The notes: a model not told the origin generated them from the sequence alone. Counted from the first letter of the stretch, positions 11,081 to 20,782 are shown. The stretch: DNA of 64,000 nt from Candidatus Nomurabacteria bacterium (GCA_023267215.1 JAHFNS010000002.1:32149-96148), one strand, 5' to 3'. Translations and numbers: made by a program.

Positions 11081-11485
11081 TATAAGGTTAATAACCTTGT
11101 TTTCTATTTCTTTAAAATTATTTTCATTAATGCGAGCAACACGACGAATTAAACGCTTTCCACTTAATAATCTTAATTGAGATAAAATAACCATAGAAAT
11201 TTTTTCTTCAATTTCATTATTTTCATTTTTCATACGTAATACAAGTTTATGGTGGAAAGAATCATTCTTTTCTTTTGAAGTAAGTGGTAATCCCCAAAAC
11301 ATCCCCTTGTTGAACTTTCTAAAAACTAAAACGGGACGTTCATATTTTTCATTTTTACCATCTTGTTCAAAACCAACATTTTCTCCAAGCGAACACCACC
11401 ATATTTCTCTATCACGAAAAAGAATTTCTTTACCAGAATTTTCAATATCAGATTTTATACCATGCCATTTTAAATAATCTTTCAC
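11036..11485 (-). CDS. PemK/MazF-family toxin with no adjacent protein antitoxin
   Basis: EIWWCSLGENVGFEQDGK, ERPVLV, LPLTS, ILSQLRLLSGKRL; overlaps the trmD stop. Confidence 0.8.
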   Translation of the reverse strand: MKDYLKWHGIKSDIENSGKEILFRDREIWWCSLGENVGFEQDGKNEKYERPVLVFRKFNKGMFWGLPLTSKEKNDSFHHKLVLRMKNENNEIEEKISMVILSQLRLLSGKRLIRRVARINENNFKEIENKVINLIKTNENGPLSGPSSA

Positions 11486-12156
11486 TTATTTATTTTATCA
11501 TTCTTCTCATGCTTTTTCCAATCTTCTATCTTTTTGTGGTCCCCGGATAATAATATTTTAGGTACATTGTATTTCTTTCCTTTATAAACTAATTTTTCTG
11601 GTCGTGTATAAACTTCACTTGAAGAGACTCTTTCTTCTTCTCTTGAATCAAAATTACCAAGTACTCCCTCTATCTGACGAGAAACACAATCGACTAAAAT
11701 CATGGCTGGAATTTCTCCACCAGTTAAAACATAATCCCCTATTGAAAGTTTCTTTGTTTTTAGAATTTTATCTACTCGTGCATCTATACCTTCATATCTT
11801 CCACAAATTAAAACCACATCCGTATATTTTTTAGAAATTGTTTTGGCATAAGTCGTTGTAAACTTTTCTGCGCTGGGTATGAAGTTAATAATTAAAATTT
11901 TCTTTTTGTTTTTTATTTTAGAAACTGCTTTTTCAACAGCTTTTAAAAGTGGCTCTGCTTGCATCACCATCCCCGGACCTCCACCATAAGGTTTATCGTC
12001 TACTGGACGATAGTTGTTTTTTGGAGCTTTAATAAAATCTCGTGGATTATAAAACTTCACAGAAATAAGCTTATTTTTTATCGCCCGCCCAATAATAGAT
12101 TCATTTAAGTATGAATCGAAAATATCTGGAAAGATTGTTATTATGTGAAAACGCAT
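11482..12156 (-). CDS. trmD: tRNA (guanine-N1)-methyltransferase
   Basis: VDDKPYGGGPGMVM, CGRYEGIDARV, SIGDYVLTGGE. Confidence 0.97.
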   Translation of the reverse strand: MRFHIITIFPDIFDSYLNESIIGRAIKNKLISVKFYNPRDFIKAPKNNYRPVDDKPYGGGPGMVMQAEPLLKAVEKAVSKIKNKKKILIINFIPSAEKFTTTYAKTISKKYTDVVLICGRYEGIDARVDKILKTKKLSIGDYVLTGGEIPAMILVDCVSRQIEGVLGNFDSREEERVSSSEVYTRPEKLVYKGKKYNVPKILLSGDHKKIEDWKKHEKNDKINK

Positions 12157-12171
12157 ATTTTATATTATAAC

Positions 12172-12197
12172 AAAAATCCCCCTTTCGGGGGATTTTT
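12172..12197. terminator. Hairpin / possible bidirectional terminator
   Basis: AAAAATCCCCC-TTTC-GGGGGATTTTT. Confidence 0.6.
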
Positions 12198-12203
12198 TAG
12201 CTT

Positions 12204-12527
12204 TTAGATTCCTTTCAAATCTTCCATTGCTTGATCAACTGTCTTCATTGAAGACTCTCCACTTATAGGTCTTGTACCTCCTTCTGGTTCGTTAATCTTC
12301 AAATTGACACGAGCATTGTTCTTCATCCCTATAATACGTAGTAAGGTACGAATAGCTTTTGCAGTATTACCCATTCTTCCAATAATTTTACCCATATCGG
12401 CAGGATTTACTGTCAAACTAATAAGCACTCCCATTTCATCAACAGTACGATCGATCTTTACATCGTTCGGATTGTCTACTAATGCTTTAACTACATACTC
12501 TAGAAATACTTTATCTGCGTCTTGCAT
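12204..12527 (-). CDS. khpA: KH-domain RNA-binding protein (KhpA/YlqC family)
   Basis: DMGKIIGRMGNTAKAIRTLL; position between rpsP and trmD. Confidence 0.9.
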   Translation of the reverse strand: MQDADKVFLEYVVKALVDNPNDVKIDRTVDEMGVLISLTVNPADMGKIIGRMGNTAKAIRTLLRIIGMKNNARVNLKINEPEGGTRPISGESSMKTVDQAMEDLKGI

Positions 12528-12616
12528 ATCGTTTAGAAATATATTTTATTTTTAATGTTTGTGCAGCGTTACGACCTTAAGAAATTATTTGCACTGCCTA
12601 CAATAAGTATAACTAA

Positions 12617-12672
12617 TTATTTTTTAGCTTTCAACCCCGTCGCTCGCGAGCGACAGGGTCAACTCTTTTCTT
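12617..12672 (-). repeat. Relic duplicate of the rpsP 3' end interrupted by a 23-bp palindrome with 5-bp direct repeats
   Basis: TCAAC (12631-12635), CCCGTCGCTCGCGAGCGACAGGG, TCAAC (12659-12663); removing the insert gives RKELKAKK* on the minus strand. Confidence 0.7.
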
Positions 12673-12981
12673 TTATTTCTTTGCTTTTAATTCCTTTCGT
12701 TTTAAAGTTGGTTTTTTCTTTGGCAAAACATTTTTCTTTTTACCTTCTATCACTTTTTGATGCACCATAAAATTGTGCATTGTATCTGAAAGCTGAGCAC
12801 CTTTTGAAACCCAATATTGAATTCTTTCAGTCTTAAAATTTGTCTCCCCTGCTTTTGGATTATAAGTACCGACTATTTCTAAAAATTTACCACTCTTTGT
12901 ACTATTTTTTGAATCAGTCAAAACAGCCCGAAATGATGGATCGTTCTTCCTGCCGATTCTTTGTAATCTTATTTTTAACAT
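12673..12981 (-). CDS. rpsP: 30S ribosomal protein S16
   Basis: MLKIRLQRIGRK, GKFLEIVGTYNP, GAQLSDT. Confidence 0.97.
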   Translation of the reverse strand: MLKIRLQRIGRKNDPSFRAVLTDSKNSTKSGKFLEIVGTYNPKAGETNFKTERIQYWVSKGAQLSDTMHNFMVHQKVIEGKKKNVLPKKKPTLKRKELKAKK

Positions 12982-13032
12982 AAAGACAGTCTAACATAAT
13001 TCCCCAAAAAGGCAAACTCATTTAATTTATTG

Positions 13033-13929
13033 TTAAGGTAAACAAATATCATATATTGCCGTTATATTAGTTCCATTTATGTCAAAATTAAGTGTGCGCC
13101 AGTCTGTCATCAATTCTACTGGACCACCTATCCTACCTTTTATATCTGATTTTGCTTGAGTTATATTTTTTTGAACATTAGTAATATAATTTACCGCATT
13201 TTGTAAAACATCAGGCTTTTGGTCAGCTCCACAATTATAAGTTTTTGTATCTTTTGTAACTAGAAGATTTCTAATTTTTGTATTTTGATTAACATAAGGC
13301 CCAGAATCATCTCCAGGTACCCATTTGTGATTTATACTTAATAAATCAACCGCCAGTGTCCACTGATTATTACCTTTGGCTGTTATTGATTTTATTGCAC
13401 CTGGTTGCTTATTAAAAATTTCAGAAGAAATATCTTCCATGTTAGGTTCATCACGACTTATAATAAAATCTTGGAATTTAACTGGAAATAATTCTTTAAC
13501 AGAGTCTCTGTATCCTTCTCCGTCTGCAGCCTCATTATAAGAAATAATTTTATATAATGAGTCGTATTTAAATCTTGCAGGAAAACTACCTCCTGTAATT
13601 AATTTTTGATTATTATCAAATTCACTGCATGATGAAAAAGTGTAGGCAAAATTATTTTCATAACCATATAGTGTAATTTTACAAGTAACTTTGTCATTTT
13701 TATTGACTGGTTTATATGGTCCATTTATTAAAAAAGATTCGATATTTGATTTAAGAGTTGAATCAATATTCTGATTTTCTGCTGGTACTGTCTGAGAATT
13801 ATCCACCACTGTATTTTTAGACACAGAAATATTTTTTGTCCCTAAATAATAAGCTCCACCACCAACAGCTAACACTGCAATTATTGCTAATATAAGACCC
13901 AATCCTATAAAACCTTTATTATTTTTCAT
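13033..13929 (-). CDS. Membrane-anchored surface protein with a prepilin-like N-terminus
   Basis: MKNNKGF followed by a hydrophobic helix, then a soluble Cys-containing region. Confidence 0.6.
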   Translation of the reverse strand: MKNNKGFIGLGLILAIIAVLAVGGGAYYLGTKNISVSKNTVVDNSQTVPAENQNIDSTLKSNIESFLINGPYKPVNKNDKVTCKITLYGYENNFAYTFSSCSEFDNNQKLITGGSFPARFKYDSLYKIISYNEAADGEGYRDSVKELFPVKFQDFIISRDEPNMEDISSEIFNKQPGAIKSITAKGNNQWTLAVDLLSINHKWVPGDDSGPYVNQNTKIRNLLVTKDTKTYNCGADQKPDVLQNAVNYITNVQKNITQAKSDIKGRIGGPVELMTDWRTLNFDINGTNITAIYDICLP

Positions 13930-13986
13930 ATAAACTAATTATGAACTTTTTATAGAAAATGTAAATAATATGCTATATTTAGCTTA

Positions 13987-15942
13987 ATGAGCAATAAAAA
14001 ACACAAAATTAATAAAACACTGCAAGGAATTATCTCTATTTCTGCTAAAGGCACTGGGTATGTAAAGGTATCAGATTTTGAGGAAGACCCAGAAATTGAT
14101 TTTAAGCATTTAAATACAGCTCTCCACGGCGATATGGTTGAGATTATCTTGCATCCCAAGGGCAAAGGACGCCTGACAGCAGAAGTATCAAAAATAATCT
14201 CTCGTGCGAAGATTGGTTTTTCTGGAGTGTTAGAACCCGCCGACGCTAAAGCTATGGCGGGCAAGAAAGGACATGGAATTTATTTTTTAAAGCCAGATGA
14301 TACAAAGATGTATACAGATATTTTGATACCTGAAAAGATGCTCTCTGGTGCTAAAGCTGGGCAAAAAGTTTATGTAGAAATAAATCTTTGGAAAGACCCA
14401 CAAAAAGCTCCCGAAGGAAAAGTAGTAAAAATTTTAGGGAAACCAGGGGAAAACAATGCCGAAATGTATGCCATAGCTATCGAAAAAGGTTTCAATAGTG
14501 ATTTACCTACAAAAGTAGAGGAAGAAGCAAAAAAAATAAAATCTCTTGGTATTAGAACAGAAGATTATAAAAATCGACGTGATTTTAGAAAAACTCTTAC
14601 TTTTACTATAGACCCAGAAGATGCTAAGGATTTTGATGATGCTATCTCTTTTAAAGAATTAAATAAAGATGAATATGAAATAGGTATACATATAGCTGAC
14701 GTGACTCATTATGTAAAAATAGGAAGTGAGCTTGATAAAGAAGCAAAAAGTAGAGGTACTTCTGTATACCTAGTAGATAGAACAATACCTATGCTCCCAG
14801 AAGCTCTTTCAAATGATTTATGTTCACTAGTACCAAACAAAGACAGACTCACTATGAGTGCAGTTTTTGTTATTGATAAAAATGCACAAGTAAAAAAAGA
14901 ATGGTATGGAAAAACCATCATACATTCTCAAAAAAGATTCACTTACGAAGAAGCAGAAAAATCTATTAAAGAGAGTTCGGCACCACTCCATAAAGAACTT
15001 TCTACTTTGAATAATTTAGCAAAAAAATTAACCAAGGAAAGGTTTGAACAAGGAGCTATCTCCCTTGAACAAGAAGAAGTAAAATTTATCTTGGATAAAA
15101 GTGGTTTACCAGTAAAAGTAATAAAAAAAGTACGAGGTGACTCTAATAAATTAATTGAAGAATTTATGCTATTAGCAAATAAGAAAGTTGCAGAAACCAT
15201 TTCTAAGGGTACAAAAAAAGAAGGTGGTGTATTTGTCTATCGTATCCATGATAATCCCAGTAAAGAAAAAATGGAAGATTTGGCTTTCTTCTTGAGAAGC
15301 TTAGGGCACAAAATATCCTTAGTAAATGGGGCAATACCGACATACGAGATAAATAATCTCCTAAAAAGCTTGGAGGGAAAAAACGAAGCGAATACTGTGC
15401 ATCGAGCTGTTATTCGTTCTATGGCCAAAGCGATTTATTCTACAAAAAATGTTGGACATTATGGACTTGCATTTCCATATTACACCCACTTCACCTCCCC
15501 TATCAGGCGCTACCCAGATATAGTGGTCCATAGACTTTTGACTGACTATTTAAAAGGATTGAAAGTCGGCAAGGAGAAATTAAATATTTATGAAGAAATT
15601 TCTAGATATACATCCGAGCGAGAAAAATTTGCTTCTGATGCAGAGAGAGCTTCTGTAAAATATAAACAAGTCGAATACATGTCTTCTCGTATTTCAAAAG
15701 TGTTCAAAGGAGTTATCAGTGGGATAACAGAATGGGGCATCTATGTAGAAGAAGAAGAAACAAAATGCGAAGGGCTTGTGCGCGTGCGAGATATGGCAGA
15801 TGATTTTTATATTTATAACGAGAGAAAATTAGAATTAGTCGGACAAAAAAAGAAGAAGAAATATCGCTTAGGTGATAACGTGAAAATAAAAGTAAAAAGT
15901 GTTGATTTGGAAAGAAAAACAATAGATTATGTATTAGTATGA
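13987..15942 (+). CDS. rnr: Ribonuclease R
   Basis: FTIDPEDAKDFDDA, YTHFTSPIRRYPD, C-terminal S1 domain. Confidence 0.95.
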   Translation: MSNKKHKINKTLQGIISISAKGTGYVKVSDFEEDPEIDFKHLNTALHGDMVEIILHPKGKGRLTAEVSKIISRAKIGFSGVLEPADAKAMAGKKGHGIYFLKPDDTKMYTDILIPEKMLSGAKAGQKVYVEINLWKDPQKAPEGKVVKILGKPGENNAEMYAIAIEKGFNSDLPTKVEEEAKKIKSLGIRTEDYKNRRDFRKTLTFTIDPEDAKDFDDAISFKELNKDEYEIGIHIADVTHYVKIGSELDKEAKSRGTSVYLVDRTIPMLPEALSNDLCSLVPNKDRLTMSAVFVIDKNAQVKKEWYGKTIIHSQKRFTYEEAEKSIKESSAPLHKELSTLNNLAKKLTKERFEQGAISLEQEEVKFILDKSGLPVKVIKKVRGDSNKLIEEFMLLANKKVAETISKGTKKEGGVFVYRIHDNPSKEKMEDLAFFLRSLGHKISLVNGAIPTYEINNLLKSLEGKNEANTVHRAVIRSMAKAIYSTKNVGHYGLAFPYYTHFTSPIRRYPDIVVHRLLTDYLKGLKVGKEKLNIYEEISRYTSEREKFASDAERASVKYKQVEYMSSRISKVFKGVISGITEWGIYVEEEETKCEGLVRVRDMADDFYIYNERKLELVGQKKKKKYRLGDNVKIKVKSVDLERKTIDYVLV

Positions 15943-16958
15943 AAAAACTTTTCTATATATTATTTATCTTTTTCGGATTACTCTTCCCTGTTTTGTATTT
16001 AATGGAAGAAAAAGCTCCAATTCCTCCTGTTAAAGAAAAAGAGAGAACCTCTATAACTCTCTCTTTCGGCGGAGACATAATGCTTGATCGTGGAGTCAAA
16101 AATTCTGTAAATAAAAATTTTAATGGAGATTACTCCACACTTTTTAAAAATTTAGGAATATTAAAAAATTCTGATATTACTTTCGCAAATTTAGAAGGAC
16201 CTGTCTCAGACAAAGGTAAAGATATGCACAATCTATATTCATTTAGAATGAATCCTTCTGTACTTCCTTCTATAAAAAATGCTTCATTTGATATCGTTTC
16301 TGTAGCTAACAATCATGTCGGAGATTGGGGACGTAATGCATACGCTGACACTTTGGCACGCTTAAGAGAAAACGGTATTCTCTATGCAGGAGGAGGAATG
16401 AATGAAACTGAAGCAGAGCAACCAGCTATTATTGAAAAATATGGAATAAAAATAGGCTATTTAGGTTTTTCAGATGTCGGGCCAAATTGGATGAGTGCGA
16501 CCGATAAAGATGCTGGACTTCTCCTCGCAAGTAATCCTCGCTTTTCAGAAATAATTACTAACGCTTCAAAGCAAGTCGATTATTTAATAGTGTCCTTCCA
16601 TTTCGGAGATGAATACAAATTAAAACACAACCAAAGACAAGAATATCTAGCACATAAAGCTATAGATGCGGGAGCAAAAATAATTATTGGTAGTCATCCG
16701 CATGTGGTGGAAGACACAGAAGTTTACAGCCCAAAAGATTGCATTCAAAGTTCGTGCATGGGCTTTATCACTTATTCACTCGGTAATTTTATCTTTGATC
16801 AAGGTTTCTCCCCCGAAACAATGCAAGGTATGTTGCTTGAAATTAAATTAGAAAAAGATGGGAATATGTCTATAACAAAAAATATTGTAAAAATAAACAG
16901 CTTTTTTCAGCCGAGTGAAATAATTAAAGGTGTAGAAGAAAAAGTGGAATTTAAATAA
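15939..16958 (+). CDS. CapA/PgsA-family metallophosphatase-like protein
   Basis: GGDIML, ANLEGP, ANNHVGD, SFHFGDEY, GSHPHV, YSLGNFIFD; N-terminal TM segment. Confidence 0.9.
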   Translation: MKKLFYILFIFFGLLFPVLYLMEEKAPIPPVKEKERTSITLSFGGDIMLDRGVKNSVNKNFNGDYSTLFKNLGILKNSDITFANLEGPVSDKGKDMHNLYSFRMNPSVLPSIKNASFDIVSVANNHVGDWGRNAYADTLARLRENGILYAGGGMNETEAEQPAIIEKYGIKIGYLGFSDVGPNWMSATDKDAGLLLASNPRFSEIITNASKQVDYLIVSFHFGDEYKLKHNQRQEYLAHKAIDAGAKIIIGSHPHVVEDTEVYSPKDCIQSSCMGFITYSLGNFIFDQGFSPETMQGMLLEIKLEKDGNMSITKNIVKINSFFQPSEIIKGVEEKVEFK

Positions 16959-16962
16959 TATT

Positions 16963-17003
16963 AAAAAAGCCGATGGATTGTGTAAATCTATCGGCTTTTT
17001 TTC
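16963..17003. terminator. Bidirectional rho-independent terminator
   Basis: AAAAAAGCCGATGGATT...AATCTATCGGCTTTTTTT between convergent genes. Confidence 0.75.
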
Positions 17004-17004
17004 T

Positions 17005-17196
17005 TTAACTTCTCGGTTCTCCTATTAGGATTTTTTGATTATTTCTAATAAAAAAAACTATCCATGCAACAGAACAATTAAAAGTCCAAACGAAAGAAGA
17101 TACTTCCCATTGTTCAGTGTAAGAGAAATAAGCCCCAATTATACATCCTATGAATCCCAAAATGAGCAATAGATTTTTTAATAATTTAATTATCAT
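17005..17196 (-). CDS. Small two-TM hypothetical protein
   Basis: 63-aa ORF with two hydrophobic segments. Confidence 0.5.
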   Translation of the reverse strand: MIIKLLKNLLLILGFIGCIIGAYFSYTEQWEVSSFVWTFNCSVAWIVFFIRNNQKILIGEPRS

Positions 17197-17337
17197 GACA
17201 TACCCCTTCCTAGTTTAAATTGTGATTTTTGTGCAAATTTCACTAAGGATACTCTCTCTTTACATGTCAAGTTTTACGTGTTTATATCTTTCTATCCCCC
17301 ATATACGCCATGACTGATATGAGGGAATAAAAAATAA

Positions 17338-17724
17338 TTATACTTTTTTATTATTAATGTAAGATTTAGCTAATTTAAATGTCTTAAAGTTATCCCCTAT
17401 TTTTATTTCCTTCAAATAATCTAAAAAATCTTTTGGCAATGGAGAAGGTCCAACCCAAACACTTTTTTGAATCATTATGTAATTAAATTTTATTAGTTGT
17501 CTTCGAAACCAATCTCTCTCTTTTTTCTTGTCAGCTGGAATGTCATACATCACAATTAAATTTTTAGAAGAATCTTTATTAAAAGGAGAAATAAAAGTAA
17601 CATTATAAAAAGTTCTTTTTCTATTCTTGATTTTTGCACGACTTTCCCTACCTTTTGAAAAAATTGGGATGCCAAAAGAACTAACTCTCATCCCTTTATA
17701 ATAAAATATCTTTTGCGAACTCAT
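17338..17724 (-). CDS. Stand-alone Cas2-like / PaaX central-domain protein (start probably ATG 17724)
   Basis: LIVMYDIP, ERDWFRRQL, MIQKSVWVGP ferredoxin-like motif; the longer upstream ORF extension runs through a palindrome. Confidence 0.7.
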   Translation of the reverse strand: MSSQKIFYYKGMRVSSFGIPIFSKGRESRAKIKNRKRTFYNVTFISPFNKDSSKNLIVMYDIPADKKKERDWFRRQLIKFNYIMIQKSVWVGPSPLPKDFLDYLKEIKIGDNFKTFKLAKSYINNKKV

Positions 17725-17742
17725 AGATAAATTATACACCAA

Positions 17743-17776
17743 TTCCCCCATATACGCCATGGCGTATATGGGGGAA
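17743..17776. repeat. 34-bp perfect palindrome (GCCATGGC-core family); degenerate copy at 17295-17326
   Basis: TTCCCCCATATACGCCA|TGGCGTATATGGGGGAA. Confidence 0.9.
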
Positions 17777-17819
17777 CATAACAACTTTCTATTCTAACAC
17801 TTAGAGTAAGATAATATCT

Positions 17820-20075
17820 CTATTTGGCGATAGCGACAGCATCGTCTAATTTGACAGAGAGAAGCTTGGAAGCACCGTCAGAACCGACGGTGACACCATA
17901 TAATATACCTGCACGAGACATCGTTTCTCTGTTGTGAGTGACGACGATAAGTTGAGAATGGTGTGAAAGTTTTTCCAACATATCTCCATATTTACGAGAG
18001 TTTGCTTCATCGAGTGCTGCATCCGTCTCGTCTAAAACTAAAAATGGAGGAGGATTTACCTGTGACATAGCGAAAAGAAGAGCAATAGAAGTAAGAGATC
18101 TTTCCCCTCCTGAGAGCGCATTTAGTTCTTTTACTTTTTTATGTGGCAAAGAGACATTTATTTCAATACCTTGTTCAAAAGTTATTTCTTCCCCTTCTCC
18201 CTCTTCTTCTTCGCCTTTTCTCTTTTTGTTCTCAATCACCACAGAAAGTTCTGCATGTCCTCCCCCAAACATTAATGAAAAGAAATTAGTGAATTCTACA
18301 TTTATTTTTTTCACACCTTCTTTAAACTCTATATCAATTTTTTCTTTCAAATCCGCCATTAATGCACGAAGCGATTCAATGCTTTTCGCTAAATCTTCCA
18401 TTTCTTTCGCCAAAAAGTTATCTCTCTGTGAAACTTCTTCAAATTCTTTCAATATTTCCGATCCTCCATTTGAACCAACATCTTCCAATTTTATTTTAAT
18501 ACGTTCTATTTTTCTTCTTAATTCTTCTTGGCTATTTCTGTCTACTTCCTCGTTCGTTTCAAAATTCTTATAGGACAAAATTTCAGCACCGATTAAGGCT
18601 CCCCCCTCTTTTATCTCGTTCTCAAAGGTTTCTTCTTCTCTCTTTAAGTTTTCTTCTCTTACAGATATCAAATTCAAAGAAGACGTGAATTCTTGATGCT
18701 TAACTCTATAATCAAATTTCTCTTTCTCTTTCAAATGTAGAGCTTCGTTCTCTTTATTTATTTCACTCTTTAAATGCTCTATTTTTTCAAAAATATTTTT
18801 TTCTTCATCTTTTATATTCTCCATTTCAGTAAAAACTTCTTTTTGCCTGTTTTTTAACTCTGAATTCTCTGGAAATATATTTTCTTCATGGTCTGGCTGG
18901 GATAGCGACCCAGGAATCCGAGGACCTGAAGAAATTATATTTCCAGAGAATTTCTGTAAAATCTCTTTTATCCTTAAAAGGATTATCTTTATTTCTGCTA
19001 TATTTTCTTCTATTATCGCTCCTTCTATTTCCAAAGTTATTTCTTCAAATATCGCTTTTATCTCCTCAGGATTTTTTATTACTACCTCCGGAGCTTTATT
19101 GCTTCTCCTTTCTTCCATCTCTATCATTCCTTCTAATCTTCCCAATTTGCGCTCTATTTCGCTTTTGATATTACGAATACCACGAATCTTTTCTTCCAGA
19201 ATTTTTAATTCTCTTTCCTTCTCGCTTTCCACTCTCTCATTCACTCCATCAATGCTAGATATCTTGTGTTTTATATTTTCAAGCTCTCCTTCTATTTTGC
19301 TCTTTTCGTTAAACAAATTAGACTTCTCTCTATTTAAATAAATACTCTCTTTCTTTAAATATTCTTTATATAAAGACAAAAGAGATACTTGCATCTCTTT
19401 TGCTTTTTCAAATTTATCCACTTGTTTTTTTAAGAAATTTAAATGCGGAGCATTTTCACGACGGAGTAAGGAAACTTCCTTCATGTTATTGTTAGTTCTT
19501 TCTAGTTTGCGTCCTGCTTCTTTTATTTTATATTGATAAATTTTGAGCCCAAGAGCATCTTCTACCATCTCTCTCCTGTCTTTCGAAGAAGCATTTAATA
19601 TTCTATCTGCTTCTCCTTGAGAAATAATATGGTGACCAGAAGAACCGATATTTACAGACGACAAAAGATTGTTAATATCTTTTAATCTTACTTCTGTTCC
19701 ATTTAAAATATATTTATTTAACCCATCAGAGTAGACTTCACGGGAAATTGAAATAGTATCGTAATTTAAATTTATGTTTTCACCTCCTTCTTGGAAGAGC
19801 CTAAAAACCTTATCAGAATTATCAAAATATATTGTGACAGAAGCACGAGAACTTTTTGGTAAAGTCTTGGATCCTTTAAAAATCAAATCGGAACCTGAGC
19901 TTCCTCTCATTGACTTTATTGACTGTTCTCCTAAAACGAAACGGAGAGCCTCTACTACATTTGATTTACCAGAGCCATTTGGACCTACAATAGAAATAAT
20001 CGAATTTTGAAATTCTAAAGTTGTTTTTTTAGAAAAAGATTTAAAGCCATTTATTTCAAGATTCTGAAGTCGCAT
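17820..20075 (-). CDS. smc: Shortened SMC-family ATPase (start probably ATG 20075)
   Basis: GFKSF, GPNGSGKSN Walker A, LSGGERS, LDETDAALD; lies downstream of rnc. Confidence 0.88.
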   Translation of the reverse strand: MRLQNLEINGFKSFSKKTTLEFQNSIISIVGPNGSGKSNVVEALRFVLGEQSIKSMRGSSGSDLIFKGSKTLPKSSRASVTIYFDNSDKVFRLFQEGGENINLNYDTISISREVYSDGLNKYILNGTEVRLKDINNLLSSVNIGSSGHHIISQGEADRILNASSKDRREMVEDALGLKIYQYKIKEAGRKLERTNNNMKEVSLLRRENAPHLNFLKKQVDKFEKAKEMQVSLLSLYKEYLKKESIYLNREKSNLFNEKSKIEGELENIKHKISSIDGVNERVESEKERELKILEEKIRGIRNIKSEIERKLGRLEGMIEMEERRSNKAPEVVIKNPEEIKAIFEEITLEIEGAIIEENIAEIKIILLRIKEILQKFSGNIISSGPRIPGSLSQPDHEENIFPENSELKNRQKEVFTEMENIKDEEKNIFEKIEHLKSEINKENEALHLKEKEKFDYRVKHQEFTSSLNLISVREENLKREEETFENEIKEGGALIGAEILSYKNFETNEEVDRNSQEELRRKIERIKIKLEDVGSNGGSEILKEFEEVSQRDNFLAKEMEDLAKSIESLRALMADLKEKIDIEFKEGVKKINVEFTNFFSLMFGGGHAELSVVIENKKRKGEEEEGEGEEITFEQGIEINVSLPHKKVKELNALSGGERSLTSIALLFAMSQVNPPPFLVLDETDAALDEANSRKYGDMLEKLSHHSQLIVVTHNRETMSRAGILYGVTVGSDGASKLLSVKLDDAVAIAK

Positions 20076-20080
20076 AAGTA

Positions 20081-20776
20081 TTATTCCATCCAATTTTTTA
20101 TTTTTAATGCATTTAGAGCTGCAGACTGTTCTGCTTCTTGTTTTGACTTTCCTTTTCCCTCCGCTATTAAATTAGGTCCAAATAAAATGCCTACTGTAAA
20201 ATGCTTGTCGTGATCCGGACCTGATTCGTGTAAAACTTTATATAAAGGAGTAACTCCTACAAATTCTTGCGCTTTTTCTTGAACCAAACTTTTGGCATCA
20301 CGCCAAAGTTTTTTCAAAACAATTTCTTCTGTATGTGGTAAAAGAGTAGTACTTATAAATTTTTTTACAACATCATAACCTTGATCTAAATAAACCGCTC
20401 CAATATATGCCTCAAAAGTATTGGCTAAAATATACTGTCTAGCTTTTCCATTATCTTTAGATTCACCTTTAGATAAAAGTAAGTAATCATTCATTCCGAC
20501 TCTTAAAGCCACCTCTGAAATAATAATAGCATTAACTAATGCAGAACGAATAGCGGTTAATTCTCCTTCCGTATAGTTAGGATATTTTTTATAAAGAAAA
20601 TCCGTAACGACAAGTTCAAGTACGGCATCTCCTAAAAATTCTAATCTTTCATTATGAGAAAGATGCACACTTCCATTTTCATTAATATAGGAACGATGTA
20701 TAAAAGCTTGTTTTAATAAATTTTTATCTTTAAAAAATATTTTTGTATCTTTTTCAAAATTTGAAAATTGAATCAT
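20081..20776 (-). CDS. rnc: Ribonuclease III
   Basis: HNERLEFLGDAVLEL signature; dsRBD GKGKSKQEAEQ. Confidence 0.97.
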   Translation of the reverse strand: MIQFSNFEKDTKIFFKDKNLLKQAFIHRSYINENGSVHLSHNERLEFLGDAVLELVVTDFLYKKYPNYTEGELTAIRSALVNAIIISEVALRVGMNDYLLLSKGESKDNGKARQYILANTFEAYIGAVYLDQGYDVVKKFISTTLLPHTEEIVLKKLWRDAKSLVQEKAQEFVGVTPLYKVLHESGPDHDKHFTVGILFGPNLIAEGKGKSKQEAEQSAALNALKIKNWME

Positions 20777-20782
20777 ATTATT

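Noticed and set aside
17295-17784. CRISPR-Cas locus
   Set aside because: Only a Cas2-like fold; no cas1 or effector gene and no regularly spaced repeat-spacer array in the window.
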